From assembly GCA_019058365.1 (NCBI GenBank), contig JAHPZE010000027.1, forward strand, positions 1 to 61,999: a stretch of DNA of 61,999 bases, given 5' to 3'. The notes below the pieces were generated by a model. That model searched no databases. It was not told the origin of the DNA and saw nothing but the letters and a program-made list of their open reading frames with translations. Both the position numbers and the translations under genes were made by a program. Below are positions 39,717 to 49,313 of the stretch, in pieces (position 1 is the stretch's first letter; the number at the start of each line of letters is the position of its first letter). The DNA comes from Promethearchaeota archaeon (GTDB taxonomy: Archaea; Asgardarchaeota; Lokiarchaeia; Sigyniarchaeales; SOKP01).

Positions 39717-40397
39717 CTATAGATTCTCCTTAACTTCTTTATATATTTCCCTTTCATATTTCTTAATTTTTGATAATTTTTTATTCCAGTGAAAAAAATG
39801 ATACCATGTATATATTAAATAAAGTATAATAGCAATTATACTGATAAAATTAAGATATTGTATTATTTTGTAAAAGATATTTATTTGAGTCCAATTATTC
39901 CTATCAACTGGAGGTGGTGGTAGAAAATGCTCTCCGAATATAAACTCAGGTGAGAAGAAAAAATAAAAGATTACTATAAGATTTAATAATATAAAATAAA
40001 TTTTAATTTTCCTCATGTGATCAATAATCTTATAAAAGATATCCGTTAAAGTAGTATAATTTTTGATATTTTGTGTATTTCCTATCATTTCTTTATAATA
40101 ATTACTTAAAACTTTCCACTTTCGTAAGAATAAAGCTTGTTTAGAGGAAATTATAGTGAAAATTACAAAAAGACTAAAACTACTAAAAAAGAAAAATATA
40201 CTTGGAATAAATACGTGATCTCTACTAAAAAAGGTACTAACAAATACTATTAATGTTATTATATTAACGATTAATGAAAAAAAAGGGAAAAATATACTAA
40301 ATTTAAGATAATAATTTTGTTTATTGATATAGTTTAATCCTAAATCATTATATCGTTCTAAAACATTCTTCTCATCAAAATTTTTTACCATTATCAC
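39717..40397 (-). CDS. Hypothetical 4-TM membrane protein
   Basis: 226 aa with four hydrophobic segments. Confidence 0.65.
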   Translation of the reverse strand: MIMVKNFDEKNVLERYNDLGLNYINKQNYYLKFSIFFPFFSLIVNIITLIVFVSTFFSRDHVFIPSIFFFFSSFSLFVIFTIISSKQALFLRKWKVLSNYYKEMIGNTQNIKNYTTLTDIFYKIIDHMRKIKIYFILLNLIVIFYFFFSPEFIFGEHFLPPPPVDRNNWTQINIFYKIIQYLNFISIIAIILYLIYTWYHFFHWNKKLSKIKKYEREIYKEVKENL

Positions 40398-40409
40398 CTA
40401 CTTTATATA

Positions 40410-40715
40410 CTAACTTAATTCTGTATTTATTTTTACAAACCAATCATATCTCTTTTTTCCTAATATAGTGATGTCAATATAAGTAATTGTTCTATCACCC
40501 CACTCTTTTTCATGTAGAGTTATATAATTTGCTTTTTCTAAACTGGTGATATATTTTTCTGCCGTTTCAGCTTTTAGTTTACAATATTTTATTAAATGTG
40601 TTTTCAATATACCTGTATTTTTATTCTCAAGTAGATTATTTCTTTTTTCCCTTAAAATACCTTCTAAAATATTTTCTATAATATTAGCGAAATTTCGATA
40701 TATTTGATCCTTCAC
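40410..40715 (-). CDS. Winged-helix DNA-binding protein
   Basis: LKTHLIKYCKLKAETAEKYITSLEKANYI..ITILGK wHTH pattern. Confidence 0.7.
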   Translation of the reverse strand: MKDQIYRNFANIIENILEGILREKRNNLLENKNTGILKTHLIKYCKLKAETAEKYITSLEKANYITLHEKEWGDRTITYIDITILGKKRYDWFVKINTELS

Positions 40716-40814
40716 ACTAACTAAAAATTTAAAATTTTTTATAAAATTATTAAAAAAAAAAAATATTTGTTGTGATTTGTCGAAATATTTGATCTATTTA
40801 TACATATCAAAAAT

Positions 40815-41636
40815 CTATTTTAATTGCCTTTTTTTGAAAATCTTTATTGCCAGATAAAAAGAAACAATTAAATAAATAAATATAACAAATAACCCCATTC
40901 CTATTGCAGGTGTTTTCCACTCAATTCTATTAAAAGGACCTCTCGTGTATTCTTCATATCGTGGATTTGGATAATCAAGAATATAGAAGATGAGACTACT
41001 GATATAATTGAGCGAATATATAGGTTCTATTTCACTACCTATAAGAAGTTTAATAAGACTCTCCCCAATAAGTAAAAATAATAAACTAACTATAAGCGTT
41101 ATTCCAACATTTTTCATCATCGAACTTATCAATGTTACAAAGCCACCAATTGAGAAAACAAAAAGTATAGCAAACATAAAGCTAAGAGAATATTCAATGG
41201 GTATGGTTTCAGCATAAAATATTGAACCTGCTATACCCAGTGTTAAATAAAAAACACTTATCACGCAGATAACCATGAAAAAATTGCATAAAAATTTGGC
41301 AAATATAAATTTATAGCGGTTTATAACGGGAAATGTAAGATAACCTGTTTTATAATCATATTCCTCACAAATAATTGCACTAAAGAAAAAACATACCGCA
41401 AAAATTATTAAATAATAAAAATACGTAAACCCTTCTTGGAGATAATATATTAAAGTGCTAGGAAAAACATAATCAGAAAAGATAAAATATGGCAAAACAC
41501 TAAGAGAAATTACCATCAATGCTGAAATAAGAATAAATAATGAGAACATGAATTTTCTCTTCTCATATTCAAATCTTAAAATTGCGAATACTGACGTAAA
41601 TTCTTCGTTTATTTTATTAATATCAATAATTCTCAT
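40815..41636 (-). CDS. ABC-2 type transporter permease
   Basis: AIICEEYDYKTGYLTFPVINRYKFIFAKF; 6 TM; ends IFKKRQL. Confidence 0.85.
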   Translation of the reverse strand: MRIIDINKINEEFTSVFAILRFEYEKRKFMFSLFILISALMVISLSVLPYFIFSDYVFPSTLIYYLQEGFTYFYYLIIFAVCFFFSAIICEEYDYKTGYLTFPVINRYKFIFAKFLCNFFMVICVISVFYLTLGIAGSIFYAETIPIEYSLSFMFAILFVFSIGGFVTLISSMMKNVGITLIVSLLFLLIGESLIKLLIGSEIEPIYSLNYISSLIFYILDYPNPRYEEYTRGPFNRIEWKTPAIGMGLFVIFIYLIVSFYLAIKIFKKRQLK

Positions 41637-41647
41637 TATTTCCTCGT

Positions 41648-42634
41648 CTATACAATTGTTTCTGTATATAATTGTTCCAATAAATTACTCCTTTCTTGAG
41701 AGTAAGATATTAATCTGAAATTGGATTTAAATTTTGTTGTTAGTATGTCTAACATCTCTGCCTTGGCTTTCCTCTTTCCATCAAAATAAATTCTAAGTTG
41801 TTGAGTATCATAGAAATATTGAATCGGAGGATCGATATTGTAATCCAAATAGGGTTCAAGTTCCTTGGTAATTTTCTTTAACAAATCGTCTACTCCAGAA
41901 CTAATAGGGTCTAATATTTGACATGTAAGTTCATTAATTTTTAATTTCCTTTGTAAATTTTCGATTGTATCATAAGCAATCAATTCTCCTCTGTTTATAA
42001 AGGCAATTTTTTCACATATTTGCGATAGTTCATGAATCATATGAGAACAAATCAATATTGTTTTACCTTTCTCTTTATTGAAATTTGCGATAATTTTTCT
42101 AACTTCAACACGAGCTTTTGGATCAATACCTGTCTGAGGTTCATCCAAAATTAAGATATCTGGATCAATTAACATTGCTGAAATTATTCCTAACTTTTGT
42201 TTCATGCCTTTTGAAAAATATTGAACTTTCTCATCTCTCCATTTATATAATCTAAATAACCTAAGAAGATCCTCAATTCTGGAATCCAGTTCTTTTTTGG
42301 GAACAAGTTGTGCCCTACCTAAAAATCTTAAAATCTGGTATGCCGAAACTGATTTATAGAAAGATGGGATGTCAATTAAAAAACCTACTTTGATTAAATT
42401 AGTTGACTTTTTGCCTATATCTTGTAATTTTCCTTTTTTGTTTGAAATTAAAACTTCACCATAAGTGGGTTTTATTAGTCCTGCAATCATCTTAACAATG
42501 GTAGTTTTTCCTGAACCATTAGGCCCTAACAACGCAATAGCATCTCCTTTATTAATTTCAAAACTGACTTTATTAACTGCGTTGAATGGACCGAAAATTT
42601 TTGATACTTTATTTAGTTTTATTAATTCTGTCAT
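41648..42634 (-). CDS. ABC transporter ATP-binding protein
   Basis: GPNGSGKTT, FSKGMKQK, ILDEP, CSH. Confidence 0.95.
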   Translation of the reverse strand: MTELIKLNKVSKIFGPFNAVNKVSFEINKGDAIALLGPNGSGKTTIVKMIAGLIKPTYGEVLISNKKGKLQDIGKKSTNLIKVGFLIDIPSFYKSVSAYQILRFLGRAQLVPKKELDSRIEDLLRLFRLYKWRDEKVQYFSKGMKQKLGIISAMLIDPDILILDEPQTGIDPKARVEVRKIIANFNKEKGKTILICSHMIHELSQICEKIAFINRGELIAYDTIENLQRKLKINELTCQILDPISSGVDDLLKKITKELEPYLDYNIDPPIQYFYDTQQLRIYFDGKRKAKAEMLDILTTKFKSNFRLISYSQERSNLLEQLYTETIV

Positions 42635-42755
42635 TTACCATCAGATAAGAATTCAATTTTAATGAGATATATTAAAAATCTTATTTAAATAATGCCAGAA
42701 CAATGTTCTAGTAGCATTTAAATAATGAAAATTAATAAATAATTTAAAAACAGAG

Positions 42756-42929
42756 ATGAATTATAAATTGATTTTACAGGATTTTTTCACTAATCAAGCT
42801 CAACAGATATTATTAGAACTTTCACCTATAATTTTAGTTATGATTATTATCATAATTATAGTTCTACGAAAAAGAAATAAAGAAAAAAACCGTGTGAGAA
42901 TGTTATTAAGGGAAGAAGGAGAAGGATAG
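42756..42929 (+). CDS. 57-aa single-pass membrane microprotein (not in ORF track)
   Basis: MNYKLILQDFFTNQAQQILLELSPIILVMIIIIIIVLRKRNKEKNRVRMLLREEGEG. Confidence 0.55.
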   Translation: MNYKLILQDFFTNQAQQILLELSPIILVMIIIIIIVLRKRNKEKNRVRMLLREEGEG

Positions 42930-43016
42930 TGATTATTTTAATCCATATTTTTGCATATAAATAATTTATAATGGAGTGCGATTTTAAAATAAAAATGTTT
43001 AAGAGGAGGATTTGAA

Positions 43017-43997
43017 ATTAAAAGGAATTATCTTATTCCAAGAAATTATCGTAAAAAAGTTATTATCACTTTATTAACAGTCCATATAATTATTTTTGGG
43101 ATTTTTATTATCTCATTAAATTCTTTTCAGAATTTTAGTCTTCAAGGGAATAATAATAAGAAATATATGGTTATTGATTTATATACAAGTTACATCCCGA
43201 AAAGTTCGCAGAACATCATTGTAGCACAAATAGACCCCCCTCCATGGGGTGATGGTGATCCTCCATGGGGTGATGGTGACCCTCCATGGGGTGGTGGAGA
43301 CCCTCCATGGGGAGATGACCCTCCTCCTTGGGGAGAGAATGGTACTCCATTCAGTGATGAACCTCCTCCATGGTTTAGAGACGGAGGGGGGGATAGTGAA
43401 GAGTCAGGGGTTTCAACGAGTGTTTCTCCTTTGGCTATCATTGTAGTTATTACACTAATAGTGGTAGTATTGACTAGTGCTTTTTATATTCAAAATGTAA
43501 AAAAACACAAAGCTAATTTCCGTATTGTACATCAACTTGGTAAAAGAAGAATGTTACCAAAAGATGAAGAAGAATTACAAATCTATAAGCAATGGGGATA
43601 TGAATCTCATAAAAATATTCCACAATGGGCTTATAAAATAATTCATCAAAGAGAAAGGGCTAGTAATAATAAAATAACAAGCGGAAAAATTTCATATAAA
43701 CATATACCCAAGAAGTTAAAAGACCAAAGGGTTATATTCTGCACTTATGAGAAATCCGAAGATCGTTATTATATCCTTCGTGCTTATAAATTGACAGAAT
43801 ATGATTTTATAAAGGGTAAGGAGGCGTTGAAAGACATACATAATAAGATTGATATCAAGAGTACACTAAAAACAGATCCTTCTAAGAAAAAGATTATGAA
43901 ATTTCAAATCCAAATGAATGATAAGGCAGAAAAGACCCAAGGAGATTCACATCTAGATTTGATAAAACAATTACTAAACCAGGATGAGAATAAATAG
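43017..43997 (+). CDS. Membrane protein with (D)PPWG repeats; probable ATT start with signal/TM segment upstream of track start 43167
   Basis: GAGGAGG at 43003-43009, then ATT 43017 in frame: IKRNYLIPRNYRKKVIITLLTVHIIIFGIFIISL..; PPWG repeats; second TM; basic cytoplasmic domain. Confidence 0.65.
   Translation: MKRNYLIPRNYRKKVIITLLTVHIIIFGIFIISLNSFQNFSLQGNNNKKYMVIDLYTSYIPKSSQNIIVAQIDPPPWGDGDPPWGDGDPPWGGGDPPWGDDPPPWGENGTPFSDEPPPWFRDGGGDSEESGVSTSVSPLAIIVVITLIVVVLTSAFYIQNVKKHKANFRIVHQLGKRRMLPKDEEELQIYKQWGYESHKNIPQWAYKIIHQRERASNNKITSGKISYKHIPKKLKDQRVIFCTYEKSEDRYYILRAYKLTEYDFIKGKEALKDIHNKIDIKSTLKTDPSKKKIMKFQIQMNDKAEKTQGDSHLDLIKQLLNQDENK
43233..43374 (+). repeat. Coding tandem repeat, ~21-nt unit CCTCCATGGGGTGATGGTGAY (PPWGDGD)
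   Basis: 3-4 near-perfect copies from 43239 plus degenerate copies (PPPWG, PPPWF). Confidence 0.9.
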
Positions 43998-44149
43998 TCT
44001 ATTTTATAAAATAAACTGAATTCTTTGAGGAAAATTACGAAGTATTGAGAGGCTTATTCTTTTAAAAATTTATTATCGAAAACGAAAACAATGATTTAGA
44101 TGTTATAATTTGTAAATGATATTCCCACTTTCTACACATTATTTTTAAA

Positions 44150-44212
44150 TTGTTAATACAAGTGTAAGGGTTTATAATATCTTAGAAAAGCTTTTTTGAT
44201 TTCCAGAATTAA
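44150..44212 (+). repeat. Diverged copy of the uvrA upstream region (52893-52955)
   Basis: TTGTTAATAC..TAAGG.TTTAT..TATCTTAGAAAA.CTTTTTTGATTTCCAGAATTAA shared. Confidence 0.8.
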
Positions 44213-44236
44213 GACATCTTAAAAGAAAAGATTATA

Positions 44237-44530
44237 AATTCAGCTTCAAGCTTTACTAGCAAAAATTATCTTGTTGCAAAGCTCTGAATAACTGATGTCT
44301 GAGTCCAAAATCAATCTCTTTTGTTAGAAAAAAATTATTTCTTCTTTCTATAGATTTTTGATCTTCTATAAACTTAATTCTATCATCAAATCTTACATCC
44401 CATAAAATTAATCCTTTAGAATCGGCAGGTTGATAAGAGATTTCTTTTGATTTATCAAATAGATCTAAAAAATCGTCATAACTAATTTCGTTTTTTCCTA
44501 ACTCTAAAATCTTTTTAACCATTCGTCTGA
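44237..44530 (+). repeat. Right copy of 294-bp direct repeat (contains rfcS 3' remnant IQLQALLAKIILLQSSE*)
   Basis: Colinear with 38593-38886. Confidence 0.9.
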
Positions 44531-45101
44531 CCTGTTGCCTAAGAAATGATCTACTTTTAAATTGGAAAATTAAATAATCGTCTTGTATTGATAGTGTTGC
44601 AGAATCCATATCTCTTATCGATTTTATCAAATTCCCTTCACTTTTAAAGAAATTTACAAAATCATGGCGCCCTTCTATCTGTTTACAAGCTTTCTTCATT
44701 ATGTCTACGTTTATATTAGATGTTTTTTGAAGATAGGACATTGGAGTAGAAACTATATATATATAATGTCTAAAAATAGCATTATACCTTGAAGAAAACT
44801 CTAATGGCACTTCAGTATATGCCCAAATACCTATTTCTCTCGGTAAACTACTATTTATCTCCATTAATATTGGTTCTTTTTGAGTTATACAAGTAAAACA
44901 AGCTCCTCTTGCTGAAACAAATCGATCTGTTCGACTGGCAAATTCGAAATCACCATCTTTAAGTTTATGAATGTAATTCCTATTTTCTAACGCTTTTAAA
45001 ATAGTATTCTCAATTGTTAAAATATTCCCTTGCCGTTGAGATCCATAGTACTTATGGGTTCCAATATAATAGAATTTAAAGAGAAATTTTGATTTTGTCA
45101 T
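44256..45101 (-). CDS. truA: tRNA pseudouridine(38-40) synthase TruA
   Basis: YYIGTHKYYGSQRQ, ASRTDRFVSA, GRHDFVNF, SFLRQQVRRMV. Confidence 0.92.
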   Translation of the reverse strand: MTKSKFLFKFYYIGTHKYYGSQRQGNILTIENTILKALENRNYIHKLKDGDFEFASRTDRFVSARGACFTCITQKEPILMEINSSLPREIGIWAYTEVPLEFSSRYNAIFRHYIYIVSTPMSYLQKTSNINVDIMKKACKQIEGRHDFVNFFKSEGNLIKSIRDMDSATLSIQDDYLIFQFKSRSFLRQQVRRMVKKILELGKNEISYDDFLDLFDKSKEISYQPADSKGLILWDVRFDDRIKFIEDQKSIERRNNFFLTKEIDFGLRHQLFRALQQDNFC

Positions 45102-45283
45102 ACATGCACAGCTCTGTTTTTTTGTTCATATCCAATTTTTACTATCTTTTTTCATATTATTTTGAATTTTACAAAATGTTAGATTAAATTATAATTAAAT
45201 TTTAATCTTAAGGATTTTTTTTATTAACAAAATTAAATTATGGTTATTAAATTAGTTCATAATTAAGTTTTGATTGAAAAATT

Positions 45284-48200
45284 ATGGTAAAGATCCTCAC
45301 CTCAATAAGAAATTTCCGTGATCGTCTCAGAACATCAATATCTGTGAAAGTAAGTAACATTTTATTTTTTCTGGCGATTTTTTTACTTGTAACTCTAACC
45401 ATAATTATTAGATGTAGCCCTCTCATCAGAGGGGTAACTCTGATAAAAGCTTTTGATCCATGGATTCAATATTATAATGCAGAATATTTAAATACTCATT
45501 CTATTTATCAATATTTTAATTGGATCGATTATAAAAGTTGGTATCCTCAAGGAATTTATCGTGGAAATTTACGACCGGGATTAACTTTTACTGTTGTAAT
45601 ACTCTATAATATTTTTCGCTTTTTTGGGATACCTATCTCATTATATAATATATGCTTTTTTTTCCCTGCATTTATGGGAGGGATAACGGTATTAGTTATA
45701 TATTTTCTGGGAAAAGAAATCGATAGTCGCTCAACTGGCTTATTTGCAGCCTTTTTTTTAGCATTCAATCCTGGTTTTTTACAACGAACCACCGCAGGAT
45801 TTTTCGATAATGAAACTATTGGTGTTTTTGCTACTTTAATGACATTCTTATTCTTTTTAAAAGCAATAAGGACGGGAAAATTTTCATATTCTGTAATTGG
45901 TGGAATTTTCCTTGGTTATTTGTCTCTCAGCTGGGGGGGATATCAATTTGTTTTCTTCGTGATCCCTCTTATTAGCGTTATTTTAATTTTAACTAAAAAA
46001 TATAATGAAAATATATTAATATCTTATGCAGGGGTTGAAGGAACTGGTTTATTGATATTTTCTTTATATTTGAAATTTAACTATCAAGATTTCTTCTCCG
46101 AATTAGATTTAGGGGGGATTTTTCTTTTTACAATTATTTTAATAGTTTTCCATATAATTCACACAAAAAGGGGTGAGCATACCAACCTTTATAATAATTT
46201 GATAAATTTTATAAAGTGGGGTTTTATTCCAATTGTTTTAATAGTTGCTGTAATAATATGGGTCGCTCCTGAAATTATACCCTTTGGTTTTGGTTTACGA
46301 TTTTGGACAATTCTAAATCCTTTACTTCGTGAACAAGTATCTCTTGTTGCTTCAGTAGCCGAACAGATGCCCAGTGCATGGAGTGTCTTTTATTATAATA
46401 CATTAATCCCGTTAGTCCTTGTACCCTTAGGCATATATTTCTGTTTTAAGAGATTAAATGTTGCAGATATTTTTGTAATTTTGTTTATTATTCTAATGTA
46501 CTATTTTACAGGAAGTATGATTCGTATCATTTTAATTTTTGCTCCAGCAGCAGCATTAGCGGGAGCTTATGGATTAGTTAGTGTGTTAAAAATTTTCGGT
46601 AGTTTCATAGGGGAAAAAAAAGCTGGAGTAAGTAGAAAAAGACAAAGACAGTTAAAAGGAACATTAGGCAGTTCAGAATCTTTTGCTGTGTATCTTATTG
46701 TTGGGATTATATGTATTGCCCAAGTCACTCATACTAGTGAGATTGCTATTACACAGATGTCATATGCACAAATGGCACCTCAAGGGATTATTCATGATTG
46801 GGAGGAAGCTTTAACGTATATGAAATATAATTTAAAAGGAACAGATGTAGTGGTTTCATGGTGGGATTACGGTTATTGGCTTACTCCAGTGGGGAATGTC
46901 ACAACGGTAAATGATAATAATACTAAGAATTCAACAAGGATAGGGTTGACAGGAATGGCGATGATGCAGTCCAATGAGATTTATAGTGCTAAAGTATTTC
47001 GCGCCTTAAAGGCCGATTATGTATTAGTCTATTTTGGATTTCTTTATACAGGATTAGGTGGTGATGAAGGAAAGTGGACTTGGATGGTAGATATTTGCAA
47101 CGATCATTATGCTACTTATCTTAATAGGGGAATGGAAGAAGATAATTGGGCAGAAAATGCTGTTTTTGATATTAATGAATATCATAATACAACCACTGGA
47201 TATATGGGAGACAAATGGTTTGACAGTCAATTGGTTAAGTTAATGTTTTGGGGCGAAACTACCACATCTTCAGAAGATTTAAACTATTTTGAAGATAATT
47301 ATGCCACGCAGATAAATAGTAGAACTGATGATGATGGAGACTTATGGGCAACTCATATTCCTGAAAACGGTGAGTATGAATCTATCGTATTTATTCCACA
47401 ATACTTCTCTTTATACCATTTAGTCAAGCTATATAAAATAGATTATACTGCTCTAGACTCTAGTTTTGTAATTAAAAATTCAGAGGTTTTTGAGAATGGA
47501 TATGCTACATTTGAATTAGTAAACACGGGAACAAAGGATTTGCTTATCAATAAAGTAGATGTCAATGGAGTGGATTATCCATTTGTTATGGGTCCTGAAA
47601 ATAATACAGTTGAGCAGGGGAGTGAAGAATTAGTCTGGGTAGATATGACAGACGCAAATTTAGAAAAAGATGATGTTGCTAACATAACTGTAACCGCTCA
47701 ATCAGAAGCTTTATATTCAAGAACTTTTGAATTTACAAATTCGACTAGTAACTTTTTTGTTAAAGAAGCAGTGGAAGGTGCTATTAATATAAATAAGGAA
47801 AATAGTATTGTTATTCAAAAAGATTCATCTAGCGTCGATATATACCTTGAAGTGGAAAATGTTGGTGATTCAGTTGAAGTACTAGATAGATTCTACGCAA
47901 CCGAAGATACCATAGATAATAGATTTAATCAAGAGATAATCACATATTTAGAAGGTTCCTCCGTTCTTGGACCAACGGAGAAAGCTTATGTTAAGATAGA
48001 AAATGCAGATGTAGATTTTTTCCCAATTAAAAAATATAATAAGATAGGTGTGGCTACTCAAAATAATATATCTGACGAAGTCTTATTCACTTCAAATAAA
48101 GAAAGCTTTTCTCTATCAATATTAAGTGAGGAAAGGATTATATCACCTGAAGAGTTAGCGGCTCTTAATAGTAATTATAGGAAAAATATTCCAATTGATT

Positions 48201-49183
48201 TCAATAACTCATATGCTTATACGTATGATAATGGAAGTACAATTTTAACTGTAAGAATAAAAAATACTGGGGACATTATTTTTGGTTTGGATTCAATATA
48301 TTTAACAGAATCTTTAACTAATGTTAATATAAATGATTTTCATACTCAAAGTGGAAAACTAAATATAGAAAGCAATAAAGAAGATGTAATTATTATAGAT
48401 GCCACTGATTATGTATCTGGAGAAGTTAATGAAGAAATACTAATATGTGTTACTGGAAGTTTCGGAACAACAGTTGCTTCCGACATTGGATATATTCATA
48501 CCATAAGAGATCAGGAGGATATTCAAATTATTGAAAGTATTGATGGAACGGCAGTTTCATACATTAACGCAAATGAAACAGGCACACTACTAATCAAAAA
48601 CACAGGAGATACACCTGTAACTTTAGAAAATGTCATTATTAATAGTACTGTTACACTTGATTGCTCAAATCTTAATGAAATTGAATTTTTATATGGGGAT
48701 ACCTCACTAGATATACAAGAATGTGCCTTGATTACTTTTAATATTCCAACTTTGCAAATAAATAAATCAGATGATGTTGTAGTTAAAATAACAACTACTT
48801 CCACGGCAGAGTATGAAACAACATTTAGTGCAATAGTTGATAATGAATATTTCAATATCACAATTAATCCTGATATAACTAAAATTGACCTTAGCGACAA
48901 TGAAGTCACAATAAAAATAATAAATAATGGAAAGTTGAATGTGACGGTTGATTCAATTTATATAAATGAGACGTACATTCCTCTTAATATCTATTTCAGT
49001 TTTGAAGATGGAATATCTTATGAAATTGCTCGCCTAGGAGGTTCCATTACAATTACAATGACGGTCAATGATCTAAAACTATTAATTGGTGTTGATCCTC
49101 TTAATGTGGATGATAACCTAATAATTTTAGTTCGTACAATAGAAGGTGCTGAAGACATTCAAGAAGAACTTGTAAAGAACTAA
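45284..49183 (+). CDS. aglB: Oligosaccharyltransferase AglB/STT3 with long C-terminal Ig-like repeat extension
   Basis: AFDPW, FFDNE, SVAEQ, SWWDYG, DNNT, DEGK motifs; C-terminal ~580 aa with repeated (L/I)xNxG beta-sandwich modules. Confidence 0.93.
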   Translation: MVKILTSIRNFRDRLRTSISVKVSNILFFLAIFLLVTLTIIIRCSPLIRGVTLIKAFDPWIQYYNAEYLNTHSIYQYFNWIDYKSWYPQGIYRGNLRPGLTFTVVILYNIFRFFGIPISLYNICFFFPAFMGGITVLVIYFLGKEIDSRSTGLFAAFFLAFNPGFLQRTTAGFFDNETIGVFATLMTFLFFLKAIRTGKFSYSVIGGIFLGYLSLSWGGYQFVFFVIPLISVILILTKKYNENILISYAGVEGTGLLIFSLYLKFNYQDFFSELDLGGIFLFTIILIVFHIIHTKRGEHTNLYNNLINFIKWGFIPIVLIVAVIIWVAPEIIPFGFGLRFWTILNPLLREQVSLVASVAEQMPSAWSVFYYNTLIPLVLVPLGIYFCFKRLNVADIFVILFIILMYYFTGSMIRIILIFAPAAALAGAYGLVSVLKIFGSFIGEKKAGVSRKRQRQLKGTLGSSESFAVYLIVGIICIAQVTHTSEIAITQMSYAQMAPQGIIHDWEEALTYMKYNLKGTDVVVSWWDYGYWLTPVGNVTTVNDNNTKNSTRIGLTGMAMMQSNEIYSAKVFRALKADYVLVYFGFLYTGLGGDEGKWTWMVDICNDHYATYLNRGMEEDNWAENAVFDINEYHNTTTGYMGDKWFDSQLVKLMFWGETTTSSEDLNYFEDNYATQINSRTDDDGDLWATHIPENGEYESIVFIPQYFSLYHLVKLYKIDYTALDSSFVIKNSEVFENGYATFELVNTGTKDLLINKVDVNGVDYPFVMGPENNTVEQGSEELVWVDMTDANLEKDDVANITVTAQSEALYSRTFEFTNSTSNFFVKEAVEGAININKENSIVIQKDSSSVDIYLEVENVGDSVEVLDRFYATEDTIDNRFNQEIITYLEGSSVLGPTEKAYVKIENADVDFFPIKKYNKIGVATQNNISDEVLFTSNKESFSLSILSEERIISPEELAALNSNYRKNIPIDFNNSYAYTYDNGSTILTVRIKNTGDIIFGLDSIYLTESLTNVNINDFHTQSGKLNIESNKEDVIIIDATDYVSGEVNEEILICVTGSFGTTVASDIGYIHTIRDQEDIQIIESIDGTAVSYINANETGTLLIKNTGDTPVTLENVIINSTVTLDCSNLNEIEFLYGDTSLDIQECALITFNIPTLQINKSDDVVVKITTTSTAEYETTFSAIVDNEYFNITINPDITKIDLSDNEVTIKIINNGKLNVTVDSIYINETYIPLNIYFSFEDGISYEIARLGGSITITMTVNDLKLLIGVDPLNVDDNLIILVRTIEGAEDIQEELVKN

Positions 49184-49313
49184 CTTTCTGATTTTTTATT
49201 TATCGATTAATAAAAATCATAAGGTATGGAACATTAGAATATCATAAGTCTTATCTCCAATAAATTAACTGTATTTTTTTGTTGAATAAATGTAAAATAA
49301 ATCATTTAAAGTC

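Larger units (their letters stand above)
38887..44236. mobile_element. Putative inserted genomic island between duplicated rfcS/truA ends (no integrase visible)
   Basis: Accessory genes bracketed by the 294-bp direct repeat. Confidence 0.6.

Noticed and set aside
43233-43374. Short direct repeats as a possible CRISPR array
   Set aside because: Tandem 21-nt in-frame coding units with no unique spacers and no cas genes.
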